A DNA stretch of 64,000 bases from Sphaerodactylus townsendi (lineage: Eukaryota): assembly GCF_021028975.2 (NCBI RefSeq), contig NC_059437.1:35402001-35466000 (forward strand), in the 5' to 3' direction. A program made the position numbers and the translations under genes. Positions 25,501 to 38,379 of this stretch are shown here, piece after piece. Every line of letters starts with the position of its first letter. Within the stretch, counting starts at the first letter, position 1. The notes under the pieces are model-generated. The model saw nothing but the letters and a program-made list of their open reading frames with translations, ran no database searches and was not told the origin of the DNA.

Positions 25501-28500
25501 TTAGCTAAAACACACCAACCTCTGCATTCTGTCAATAAGTCGAGATACTGACAAAATAAACAAGCCTCTTTGTACTTCCGTGGCAGTAGCAGCAGGGGGT
25601 GGGGTGGGTGGAGATAATATCGGCATGGTCCCCTTCTTTAGCAACCTGTGGTCCAAAGAACTGCTTTGCTCTTTCATGGTGGGGAGGGGGATTTATTTTT
25701 GAAACAGTAATATTGATAAATGTTTAAAGTTCAAACTTAGTATAAAGACTAAGCCAGCAATCTGGTGTAATGAGATCTGTGAACAAGAATAAATGCCTTT
25801 AAGAATACGCTGATGGGCGGAGTGAAGGGAACCAGGCTGCAAGAGTTCTCTGCAGGAAAACTGCACACCCAGGAGGGAATGCCTTCTCACATGTAAACAG
25901 AGTAACAGGAGGAGAGCCACTGCAAGCCCATCATGCAGAGAAGAGTCCCAAGGTAAGTGTTCCATGAATAATGGACATTAGATTTTAAAATGAGGATGTA
26001 TTTGACTTTGAATGTGTTGAATTTCTATTTCAGCTCTGGTTGCTATGGAGCTCTCAATTGTATTTTGTCCATGAATACCTCATGTACCAGCTAAACAGAG
26101 GATCCAGAAATTGGCACTGGAAATAGTGATTCTAAACTGCTTATTGCTTCGGCCCAGTCTAACATAATGTATAGCTCAGTGGTGGCGAACCTTTGGCACT
26201 CCAGATGTTATGGACTACAATTCCCATCAGCCCCTGCCAGCATAGCCAATTGGCCTTGCTGGCAGGGGCTGGTGGGAATTGTAGTCCGTAACATCTGGAG
26301 TGCCATAGGTTCGCCACCACAGGTATAGCTTCAGGGTTACTGCAAGGATGAAATACAACCCTGAAAGCACAGTGTAAACCTGCAAGAACTACAGAAAATC
26401 CACTCCTATCAGTTTAAGCCACCACTAGTAAAATTTGTGGTTCTCCTTTGATCTCCAACATAATAGAATATTTTCAATCCTTAGCAAAGGAAATACAAAG
26501 AAAGAGTTCAAAGATATCTATATTAATAGGTCTGCTATGCAACACAGATCCAACACCAACACATTAAGTAATCATTAAGAGGGTCTTGCCTTCAGTTCCT
26601 GGATGGCAGCTTCAATGAAACATGCTTCAGGTGTGTGCTTGTCCTCCTCATACTGCTGTAGGAGGGCCACCTTCTCCTCTGCAATTACCTCCTGCAGCAC
26701 TTGAGCCTTGGAAGCTAGAAGGAGCTTTGAATATTGAGTGTGTTGCTTATCTGTGTGAAGAGAAAACACATTGGAAACAAACCATGACCGCTTAGCTCTG
26801 GACACCCAGAACTGTGATATTCCCTGCTACAAAAAACAACCACCCTCAAAGCCTGTTCGAAGAGGATGCTTCTTCCTTACAATAAAGAACTCTTAATATT
26901 CATTAGAAATAGTTAAGAATCTTGTGCTCAATCTTATATTGCATTCAGCAGGCATTACAACCCCTGCATCTAGCACAGGGGTAGGGAACCTGCGGCTCTC
27001 CAGATGTTCAGGAACTACAATTCCCATCAGCCCCTACCAGCATGGCCAATTGGCCATGCTGACAGAGGCTGATGGGAATTGTAGTTCCTGAACATCTGGA
27101 GAGCCGCAGGTTCCCTACCCCTGATCTAGCACAACTGCGTCTTACACAACTATTATTAGTAAGGGATCTGCCATGAGTCTTATGGCTGGTCTCCAAGGAG
27201 TCACAGTCAAAATACATATTTTCATACAGCTTCTTTTGATGTCAACAGAATCTGAAGGCTTTTCCAACAGTTTACAGCACATAGTAAGATCTATCTAGCT
27301 CCAGCTCCATATCTTTAGGACACAGGGCTATCCACACAAGATTGTCTTGTAAAGAGATGTTTTGTAACATATGGACCATAGATCCTTGGATTCTACCAAC
27401 CCTCCTAGGTTGGGCAGGTTTCTGTCACCCCCAAGGCTTGCTTCCATGGTGGCCGTACATGCCCCGCACCCCATTTCAGGCCATTTTGACCTACGTGCCA
27501 GAGCATGGCCATACTTCAACTGGGTCCACTTGTTTCAAGCTCCCATCCAGAAAACAATATTGGGTCTGTTTCAGCCAGAAGCCCCCAACTGAGCGCAAGC
27601 CCAGTCACAACTGATTGTCTATTCATGAGAATGGAGGCACCATTGGTAAATCCAGGGAAGAGCCACCAGACATCCCTTGATCATGCCTGGATACAGCAGA
27701 ATTGAGAATTCTCTCCACAAGGACATTTTGTATTACTTTTTAAATGTTACCACAGGTATATAATCAATACCTGCGCACTCCTTTGGGAGCCAACTTATTA
27801 TTGAAAAGCAGGGTTCAAATCAAGGTAAAATTAGCATTCCCAATTGCTCTGTCAAGGATTGAGCACCCAAGCACTTCCCCATGAGTGCAGAATAACGGCT
27901 AACTATGTTAGCAAGGGGTCATTCAAGGCAGCTAATCCAGTGACTCCAAACTATAAAAACATATAAAGCCTTTTTATACAATGCCCAAGTCATTGGCTTG
28001 TACTGTCTATCCTAAGAGGGAAATCCCCTGTTCCAAGCATCTGGGATGTACCTTTAAAATCATAACTGAATTCATAGCAGCTTTTGTCATGTATTTTCTC
28101 AATAAACATACAGTAATAGTACAACAATTATCCTACGGGGGGTCCACAATTTTTTTTGACGTTAAGAAGGGGGTCCTTATACTTTAAAAGCCTTGCAACC
28201 ACTGTTGCAAACAGCCATGAAATCCCAACACACATGGTCAGCCTCAAATCACAGAGCTGGCAATGCTTCCTAGCATTAATATTAAAGAAGACTCACCTCC
28301 CAGGTGAACAGGCTGCTCCACATTCATCATCAGCTTCACTTTTGGCAATGCCATCAAGGCCCCCTTTTCCCGCTGCATCAGCTGCATGGTAATTGTATCA
28401 CCCACTGCATACTGGTGGGTTTCCAGAGCAACCACACTAAAGGGGGGGGGGGGGAGGAAGGAGGCAAGGGGTGAGCAAAAGGCAACTCTATTAACAACAA

Positions 28501-31500
28501 CAACAACAACAACAACAGATGTTCAAAGAACCTCTTTACCTCTTGAGGTCCTTCTTGTGAATGGAGCCATAACAGATAGGGCACTTAGTCCAAGTCTTTT
28601 CGCTCAAAGAGAGATAGTGCAAGATACACGGCCAGCAGAAGATGTGCCCACAGCGGGTGATCTTAGCTGCAGTGGGCGGGTAGAGACATATTGGACAGGA
28701 GGGAACTTCATGGCTGTAGATTCGCTGGGAAAGCACAACAGAATCTAGTTTACTAAGCTAAAGTCCAGCTATACAAATGCTTTTTCATTCAAGGACAACC
28801 CTTACTTTGGAAGATGCAAAGTGACTACTCTGCCAGGAGGACACTCCTCCTCCATGCCTGTATTTTGTCTATTAGAGAAACTTTCCTGATATATATTGAT
28901 GAAAGAGCAAAAGAAAACTGCTAGCAAATACTGACAATTCTGATATAGAAATTATTTTAACTCCCCTTTCAATGTTCTCTTAAAATGAATGGAATTTTAA
29001 ACAGCACACCCTGTTGAAATGCAGTTGGAACAAATCAATTTAGAGTCTTATATTCTAAAAGGGTAGCCAAGAGATCTTTGCCAAGCTGTTCTGTCCAACT
29101 TGAAAGTTTAAGCACAACTGAAATGGTCTGATCTCTTGCTTCTGTCATGTTTCCAAAGCCTGCCACGCAAGACTGTTCTAGACTGCTATTTGAAGAAGTT
29201 TAAACTGAGCAACTGCCAGGTTTAGAAGGTGGCAAATGACCCACTACTGTATGGTCACACAGGGAAAGGCAAATCTATTGCTACTGACCACTTGTTCCAC
29301 GAAGTCCCAATTGACCAAGGTATCTGGGTCAGTGAAGTGAACTGTGTAATCCTGATCATCACAAACCACAAACTGGCAGCTGAAAGGAATGTACATAACA
29401 GATTATAACTCAATGCTCTACAGAAAGGGATTCAAAAATACAGATTTTTCAGGATTACAAGCAATGCCCGCCTAGTAATGGCTGGGATATTATCTATTGC
29501 AGGATTAAATGAAAGGATAATCATGCTGCTGTACAAAACAACCTCTAGCAGGAAACCAATCCACTAATTGTTGGCAATTTAATCATGTATTTAATGATGA
29601 TCAAGGGGAGGCAAAATTGAAAATGACTCTTATTAGCTTAAATTTCTATATAGCTTGCCCTAATTAGAAATGTTGCTAACATGTATTTCCATGAGTTAAA
29701 AATCACTTTTGAAGCATTTATTAATATTTAGTTTTAGATAAAACTCTCTTTCTATCTGAAGCAGATGTACATTCTGAGCGTCCAGCCAAGCAGTTCACAT
29801 TAAGGCAACTCCAGGGCTTTCTAGCTTCAAAGCCTTCTTAGCAGAATTAGTATCCATTGTACTGAGACAGATTAGAAATTCAGTACTTCTACAGAAAGAA
29901 TCTGAATACATTTCTATAGGGCTATAGTGCTACATCAATTAGCCATTTTAAAAAAAAGCTTTCCAGTGGTGTTGCGGGGAAAATGACAGCTGCAGGGAGC
30001 TAATAAAGGAAAGCATGCAGGAAGTTCCCAAGTTGAACTCCACTGCCAACTGGAACATGGCTCTGCATTTGCTGCAGCCATAAAAGTCACACAAAGCATC
30101 CTTGCCATTTTAAAACAGCTTTAGATACCTGTAGAATATTTTCAGTAAAGCCACGTTGATCCCCCACTTACTTAGCCTGCAGAAAGAGCTCCTTGTTAAA
30201 AGGTTTGTTCTCTCGCTTGTTCCTTCTCCCCCAGCTGCCACGGCCATTTCCATCGAAGTGATTTGCTTGGCCACGGGGTTCAAAGGTAAAATTCAGTAAG
30301 TGGTTCAGACTGATCTTCTTAGGACCAGAAAACTGGGCAGGGCTGAACTCTGCCCGCTGGGCCTCTGCTACCTAAAAAAAAAGACAGACAAGTAATTGAA
30401 TGAATCAATAAATCAAATAAAAGCAATGTCACAGAGGCCCTTTCCGCATGGGCCTTTTACAGCGCCCTGGGGACGGCAAAAACGCTGTCCCGAGGGAGCT
30501 GTTCGGAAGGGGGGGGGCGCATTTGCTTTGCAGCCGCGCCGCCCACGCTCCTCCCTAGCGGCGCGAAGCCGCCATTTTCCCGCCTCGCTCCCCGAGCGAG
30601 GTTTTTGGAAAACGGCACCATCCCTCCCCCTTTGCCCAATCGACTTACTGTCCCTGCGACCGTCTGGCGCGTCGCTGAGGCCTGGGGACATGCCCCCCTG
30701 CCCTGCGACTCCGGAGTGGACGCGTAGGGCACGGGGGTGTGTCCCCTGGCCTCAGTAACCCGCTGGACGGTAAGTCAATCGGGCGACGGCGCAGCACGCC
30801 ACCGTCTTCCTGGTCATTACCAGGACTGTTCATGCGAACGGTCGGGGGGCGGGGGGGTTGGGTCAGGGTCATGTACGCCGACCTGACCCCCAGCATGGCC
30901 GTGCGGAAGCAGCCATAAATACCCACTTTTGGCAACACTAACATGTAGGAAATACAAATCAACAAGATTAGTCCAGTATGAATTTTTGAAAGTTTGTGTA
31001 CAAAACTGAAGTATCCCAAGTTCAATAAGCAGATGCATTTTACCTCTGGACTGGACTTGCAACTAGCAACACCCAAGACAACAATATTGACCCGATTGGG
31101 GAGTGGGCCAAACACAAGATTTAAGCTATAAGACAAATATTTGAGATTCCAGCATATGTTTATGTCAAAGGATCACTTTGAAATACTGAAATCAAGATTT
31201 TTCATATATTTGTGTATGTGTGAAGTGCCATCAAGTTGCTTCTGACTCATGGTAACCCTATGATTCAATGTCCTCCCAAAAGTTCTATAAACAGCCTTGC
31301 TCAGGCCCTGCAAATCTCAAATTGATAATGCTACTCCCCCCCCCTTCCAATACTCACTCCACACCATCTTTCCTTAAGATATGTTCTGCATACAGATTAA
31401 GAGATGCATTTAGATATTTCTAAATCCAGGTACATACTGACTGGCTATGAACAGCCATTATGCAATGAATGGGGTACTCAGCAAATTTCTAATGTATGCA

Positions 31501-34500
31501 ATCTTTACTTTGGAAAGTTTTGAATATATTGCTCATATTCAGAGTATGGCCCCAAGCGGGGCCTCTCTTGTAACATGCAACAATAACATACTTTTTAGAG
31601 AGGGCTTGCTGGAATGTACTAATTCTTTCTAGAGTTCCTTTGTGTTTCAGTCTCTTCTTTTACCATAGGAAGCCATCCAACTAGTTGTTTCTTGCAGAGC
31701 TGGGAATTGGTTGTCTTTTCCTCTATGATTCAACAAATGATCCAATGGTCCAAGAGCCTTGGATCCCACCACCTTTCTCCTTTTATTTAATTTTCAACTG
31801 CTCTCAAAATTCCAAGCCTCTTGGACCATATTCAGGTCTCATGCTGAAAATGTTTGTTCTTTTTCTTCTGGTTAATTGACAAAGTCACATTCCTTTGCAA
31901 TCTGGAGAGAGACCCACCTACTTGGTAAGCACATGGTTTTGCTATGTTCATGATTAGAGATGTGAGTGCCCAAGGTGGGGGAATGTGTATGCCGACAATA
32001 TGGGAAAACATATGCCTCCCCAGAGATTGCCCCCATTTCTGCCCAGAAAAATTGGAAAATTTTAAAGAAGCACTGAAATAAAAATCCTATGAAATGTTTT
32101 CTCTTACAGTAAGGAAAAACCTTGTCTTAAAAAACATTTCACTCATTCCAAATGCATAGCATAAAAAAGCATGAGAGCTTTTTCCAATTTTCCTTCCTTA
32201 GGGTCACCACATTTAGTGGAGCACTGGAAAAAACCTCATGACCCCCTGCCCCTCGGAATGAGTGAAACGACAGGTAGGTTTTATCAAAACGTACAGATGA
32301 TTTTTTTAAAAAAATGAAATACAAGGTATCATTGTCCAAATTGGACAATAACTCCTTTGCCTATGGTAGACATAAAACAAAATATGTCAAAACACTGTAT
32401 AAATGTACGTAATGGGGGAGGGTTTCCATAAGAGTTTCGTGGGGACTTGAAAAGCTGGAATTCAATTGAGTGAGAATACTAATAGACCCATCCTAAGGAG
32501 AATTACTCCAGTCATTTAACAGGCTTAGACTAGAGTAACTCTGTATAGGATGCCCTGTAGGACATGCACACTGATGGAATTCTCCTTTCTACAACTATGT
32601 GATGTTTTTATCCCTACTCTACTTCCAATGATTTCAGACTGGCACACATGATTCTCTTCTCATAACAACCCTGTGAGTTAGGCTAAGCCAAGAATGACCA
32701 ACCCAAGTTAACCCAATGAGTTTCATAGTTAAATGGGGACTTTAATCCAAGTATTTTCATTTCAAGTCTACTTATGTAAGGATCAGAGGTTCTATACTGG
32801 TGAGCATAGACTGTATTCCAATTCTCAGCAGAGTCAGGACTTCCTTCCCACTGTACTCAAGCCAAGAATTTAACTATGACTACATTACTGATAAGCAAAG
32901 AGCTCTATATCCCCACAAAAGAGAGTTGGGTTGCTATTCTGGCCAACAGTTAAATCAAGAACTCAAAGTACAATAAAGGGAACAGACAATCTAGAAAAAA
33001 AGACTTATCAATTGAGTGGGTAAAGATTAAATGCAACAGGTGCATGGTAATGTTGAACAAAATTAAGACTAGCAATGAAATGAAGCATTTTATATCTCAA
33101 TTACTCAAAGCCCAGAAATCTACTGTAACTCAGGGCTAGTGAGATTGTCAGAGGGTCTGTAGTAAGCAGGTTTCAGTTGGGCTTTACTACAGTTTGGTGC
33201 TACCATATAAAAGATATATTGGCACTGATTTTATCATAATGTGCTACTTCCTATCTCTAACAGCACTTAGACTCAATAGTTAATTGCAGAAAGGAATTAC
33301 AAGTTGAAGAGTGTGTGCCTACTTATTTCAAAGTAATCTGAATTTACACCAAGAATACTCTTCTCAGACCCCTCTTTAATATTTTGTCTCACAACAAAAA
33401 CAAATTCCCCCATTTGTTAACACAGCAGTAGAAGAGAAATATATTCTATGAGAAGAAGCAGGTGCAAGCAATAGGCCTGATCCAACCAGCTTTTCCATGG
33501 GTGAAAAAAGGAGAGGCACCAAGAAAGGTACTCTGGAGATCATGGACCCTGCATAGTCAAAGGCTATGGGGAGCTGAAACAAAGGGGGGGGGATTGGGTG
33601 AAAATAATGGCTGTATCTGACCCAATCATTTTGTCCCCCCAAAAACTTGTTATCCAGGTAGGACAGAATCTCACCTCTTCTCGTCTCCCACCATTAAAAG
33701 AAGCACTAAAAGGTTTGCAACCACTGGCATGTCCTCCCCTCTGAGGGGGCATCTTATTAAAAGCTTTGCTTTTCTGTGAAGTGGAGCGACGGGGCTGGCT
33801 GGAGAAGTTCTCATTTTTTGGATATGAAGTTTCTCGCTTACGATTATAACGCTGCCTGGATCCATTTGCATTTTTTCCATCTAAAACAACATAAAAAGGT
33901 ACATATTTACAACAATTAATACAAATGCAGAACTTCTACAGTAGCTTTATTTCATCAAGTAACGTTTAGAAGTAGTGCTCATTATAGAAATCTTTAAACA
34001 GAAATAATAAGTCGGGTAACTTTAAAAAACTTTAATGCACATAGCATACAATTAGAGGATTTACAAAAATAATAAATGGTACTGATGGAATGCACTCTAG
34101 CAATCTATTATGTTATCCTTTTACACTTATTTACGTACTACTCTCTTTAGCAGCAGCCAGTTCAACATATGTTGGGACATTTATTAAACAAATTTTTTTT
34201 GCACACATTACAGCATAATGCTCTTGGCTACATGGACCCCTTGAGCCAAGCCTTTCTATTTGGCTGATACAAGCCTAAGAAGTGGCGCAAAAAAGGGTAG
34301 TCGTAGTTACAATGCCAAAGAAACATAAGCCTTAAGTCCCCCCTTTAACCTCCCTTACTTGTTTGCAAGAGCTTGCATTAGTATTTCTATCCCACTGACA
34401 CCCAAAGCCCTCTACATTTTTGTATTTTTGTCATACATGGGATCTTGCTTACTTTTAAGTAGATTTTGGGTCATGTTCCTATAATCAGACCCCATTTTCA

Positions 34501-35691
34501 GATTCACAAACATGACACTGTATGTACCACATTTTAGCTGCCTGTTGTGGAAACATCAATATGTTTAATGTCACCTTTCGCTCAGCCAATCTAGAGACTA
34601 AAATGTCTAGACAGATGCCAGAAATTACTATTAAATCTAAAACAGCAAGCTCTCATAGCTAATTACACCTTACATCATGACATAAATGCTTCCTTGCACT
34701 GACATTATGTAAAGCAACTCACACAGAGGAAGTAATTAGGCTTCTCTACAACCCATATAGGCTCCATCATGACTCAAGACTTCAACACCCAGGAAAAAAA
34801 TTGTAGGTAAAACTTTCACAACCGTAATTTAAACAACAGACAAGCAAAAATCATCACCCCTCTTCCCAAAATCATTTGCAACACCACCTGTACAAATTAG
34901 AACCCAGTGCCCCCACACACAACCCTGACCAACTAAAAACAGCCCTTGCTCCACCCAAAACCTTTTATCGCTGAACAACACACTTCAGCATAATTATCTA
35001 ACTTGAATTACAACCCTAGTTTAAATGTAAAACGTCTCTATAGGAGTCCTAAGGCTGCCTGCCACAGCATTTTCTGTTGGTTGACAGCACAACCCTCAAC
35101 ATATAATTAGCAAAGAAAATAAGGAAAGTTCTGCTGGATCAGATCAGTGGTCTACCCAGTCCAGGATCATTGCTCAGTGTTTAGCCAGCTCCCCTGGAAG
35201 GCCAGCAAACAGGGGAGAGAGGCCTGGATGTTGCCACCTGGCGCTGGTTTCCTGAGAACTGCTTCCTCTGAATGTAAAGGTAGCAACTACCTGTTCTCCA
35301 TGAATCTGCCTAATCCCTTTTAAAAGCCCACATCCTCGAGATGTCTAATCCGACTGAGTACTCCCTCGCCAAGAGAGAAGCCATCGCAGCCGTCGAAGAG
35401 AGGTCGCTATTTCTCCTCGCTATATGAGGAAGCTGGACTTCCTAAGGCTTTCGCACCCTGCCCTTAACCAGCAGCACCTCTCGCAAAAGGGGGTCGGCTG
35501 GCCAGTCGCTTACCGCCTTTGGGCTTGGAATCTCCGCCGGCCGGTCCGGTGGAGTTAGAGCGGGGCTGCTGCCCTTTGCCTCCTGCCGCCGAGGAACCGG
35601 GGCCGAGATTGGAGCCACAGGGGCTGCTCTTGTCCATCCCGTCGTCGGTGAGAGCCGATGCTGCTACCTGCGTGGGGAGACGCCGCAGCAT
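19505..35691 (-). CDS. RNF10: RING finger E3 ubiquitin ligase RNF10, 17 coding exons: 35514-35691, 33675-33880, 30172-30371, 29289-29379, 28540-28724, 28297-28436, 26590-26750, 24711-24839, 24131-24389, 23173-23306, 22261-22378, 21822-21923, 21100-21234, 20639-20736, 20378-20438, 20074-20235, 19505-19578; 810 aa
   Basis: C3HC4 [33 protein letters not shown]...KCPIC, plus [42 protein letters not shown] and C-terminus [11 protein letters not shown] match known RNF10; exon lengths sum to 2433 nt with consistent phases; intron 7 uses a GC donor. Confidence 0.96.
23340..23462. repeat. Degenerate ~18-19 bp minisatellite in RNF10 intron 9
   Basis: About six units resembling ATTACTGAAATAATGGGA. Confidence 0.75.
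24592..24664. repeat. 32-bp tandem duplication in RNF10 intron 8
   Basis: CTCCCATAAGCACTGGAGCCCCATTAG x2 plus a partial third unit. Confidence 0.9.
26177..26322. mobile_element. Palindromic hAT MITE in RNF10 intron 7
   Basis: Near-perfect 146-bp hairpin starting CAGTGGTGGCGAACC; perfect 8-bp TSD GTATAGCT (26169-26176, 26323-26330). Confidence 0.9.
26976..27123. mobile_element. Palindromic hAT MITE in RNF10 intron 6
   Basis: 148-bp hairpin CAGGGGTAGGGAACC...GGTTCCCTACCCCTG; perfect 8-bp TSD ATCTAGCA (26968-26975, 27124-27131). Confidence 0.9.
28442..28516. repeat. Poly-G run and (AAC)8 microsatellite inside the 103-nt RNF10 intron 5
   Basis: Read directly; the G run is the polypyrimidine tract on the RNF10 strand. 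Confidence 0.9.
30436..30914. mobile_element. GC/CpG-rich MITE (Harbinger-like TIR) in RNF10 intron 2
   Basis: Ends GGCCCTTTCCGCATGG / CCGTGCGGAAGCAGCC; internal hairpin core GAGGCCTGGGGACATGCCCCCCTGCCCTGCGAC shared with 61239-61747. Confidence 0.75.
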
Positions 35692-36260
35692 CCACGGGCG
35701 CCGCGGGGGCGCTACTGTTGCGGGAGGGCGAAAGAAGGCGGCGGCGGCTGAGGCCGAAGCCCAGGCTCATGGCCCGGCAGCGGGGTCGACGCAGCTCAGG
35801 AGTCTCGGCCACCTTCATGGCGACATCTTCCTTATGGCTTCGCCTTGACGAGAGGAATGAACAGAACTCACTTGTCGAGTTAACAGCCTCACCTGCCGCC
35901 GAGCGCGGCCGGGCCTGCGGGGCCCCCGGGACGGGAGGAACGGCGGAGGGGCGGCGGAGGAGCCCCGCAGGGCCAAGACGGCCCGGCGCTGACTCCGGCC
36001 TAAACGGGCTCGGAGCAGATGTGCCGCCCAAGGGAACCCTCCCTCGGGCCGCCTGGGCACAACCGACGCCGCCTCGCTACCACCGCAGCCCTGTAATGGC
36101 GACGAATCGCCAACAGCAGTGCCCCCAAAAGGACCCGGATGAGGCTATTTCTACCAGCAGGCGGGGCCAGATTTGCCCTCAAAGCATGCCGGGTATTGTG
36201 TTTTTTACCTCTTGTTTGAATGGCTTATGTGGAGAAGAAAACTACAATTCCCTGCGTACT
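35380..36260 (-). promoter_or_regulatory. RNF10 CpG island/promoter with two ZNF143/THAP11-type motifs
   Basis: Very GC/CpG-rich; GCATGCCGGGTATTGTGTT at 36184-36202 (reverse of an ACTACAATTCCCAGCATGC-like motif) and ACTACAATTCCC at 36241-36252. Confidence 0.7.
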
Positions 36261-38379
36261 TTGTAGCAAGCCTTGCTCTCCTTTGACATAAACATATTTC
36301 TACAGCAGCTGATATAAAAGGCAATGGTATAGAAGAGTCAAATGAACACGACTGAAGGGGAAACTTTACCTTTATAGAAGGGTCAAACCGAAATGCTTCC
36401 TCTGCCATCTCCTTCTCTTCGTAGAACCTGCCGCATGTACTTACTTGTTTCTAGTTGAAAACTGGTGGCTGTGGGTTGAGAATCCTCATCGTTTTGCGCT
36501 TCTCTGTTATAATAATACATTGCATTTATATGGCACTATGTTTTAAAGGCGCTTCATGCACGCTATTTCTTTATTGACTTATACTGTAGTCCACCGTTCT
36601 CACTGAGATTTAAGGTGGATGCAACTATTCTGTTCGGTTGATCATGATTATTATCCCTGCCTTGCAGGAAGCGGACTGAGATTTTCTGTACAAAATTATT
36701 CTAGATCAAGCCCATTGAAATAATAAACTGGAGTAAGTCTGTATAGGACTGCACTGTTATAACTTGCCTATGATTAATTGATAGGTAAGTTTGTGGCACA
36801 AACAATATCTGAACTCTGGGCTTCGAGATTCATAACTCTTTATTCTAGCCATCACATTCTTGCAAACTTTACATGACATTCAGGCTGAGCTCTCAACTTC
36901 TGACAAATAACTTTATATTCACATTGCACATCTTCTATATACATTTAAATGTGTTATTAGCCTAATTCTCCTACACTTGTCGTTCCGTTTTTTATTTTGT
37001 CATTTTTATTACTTGGCTTGCTTCATGTTACGATTCTTGAGCTTTGATTTTATTGCATATTGGTATAATGTTATGATTTAGCAGATGCTCTGTTTGTTTT
37101 TATTACTACTTTATTATTAAATATTAAAGTTCACATTAACTAATTGCTTTTAATGATTTGTGAGGTGTCTTAAGATCTTAAACACACAGTGTGTGTGTAT
37201 AACTATATAATTGAGCAGCTTGTTCATGTCGACGAACCAAAAAGGGAGAGTGTCGATGCTGGATTCCTGACCCCAGCTGTGCAGCTGCACCATGGCTGTG
37301 CCATTCCCAGTTGTGGTGCTACTCCCCCCCCCCCCCAATGTACTGTTAGAAGGAGAAATAGGAAGTCTTAGGGGGAAAATTGGAGGGAAATTTTATACCC
37401 TTCCCCAAAATTTCTCACTGAAAAATTAGAAAATTTGAGGGACACTCTGAAAAAGGACTTCTTACGTAATACTGTCTTTTAGAATGAGTAAAATGCTTCT
37501 CAAGGCAAAGCTTTTTGCACTCATGGACAGCATAAAAAACTTAAGAATTTCTTCAGTTTTCCTCTGAATTGAAAAATTGGGAACTTGAAAAACTCTTATA
37601 ATGTTGGCAATGCATATATAGCAAAAACATTTTATGTACATATAAGTAATTTGGCACGAATAATGAGATTAATTATAATACAAAATGAAGGAGTTCAGAA
37701 TTTTCAATGATATAAGGTTTAGTTTAATATCTCCTTATCCCAGGAGTTGTACGTATTGTGATTCTGAGAGTTTCTGACCTAACTTTTATTTTTCCTTGCT
37801 TGGCCAAATAAAAGTTACATGTGCTATAACAGCACCAGGTTCAGTAGTTTACAACTCTCTCAAATATTGGATACCATTTTTCCTATGGAAAATGTAGGTA
37901 TTTTAATTAATTCTCTAATATACCAAATAGTACAATAATACCAGTATATAAAATTATGTTAAAAATGACGCACATTATGTTGTCAAATAAGTCAAAAAAG
38001 TTTACATTTGATAGTAAAATAAGTGCTGCATATACTCAAGTCCCGCCCCCGCCCCCCCCCCCCCATATCCATATTTTTCCGGGGCTTAAAATTTTCTGAA
38101 ATGTACTCGGAATCGGAATTAGTTCAGTGGAATTTAATTCAAAGCTTGGAATTGCAGGGATGAGTCGCGTATTTGGAAGTAAACCACTCCGAGTTCAAAA
38201 GAGTTTTCCAATAATTTAAAAAAAAAGATTAATCTGAGAAATCGGCATGCTAATGATTTGCCGTTTAACAGGCTGCATTGTAGGATAGGATCATTCCTAC
38301 TATTTATTCATTTCCAGCACACTTTTGAGCTTAAAGGATAGGAACGCTTTACACTCACAAGGAACCAAACCCTCGCTGG

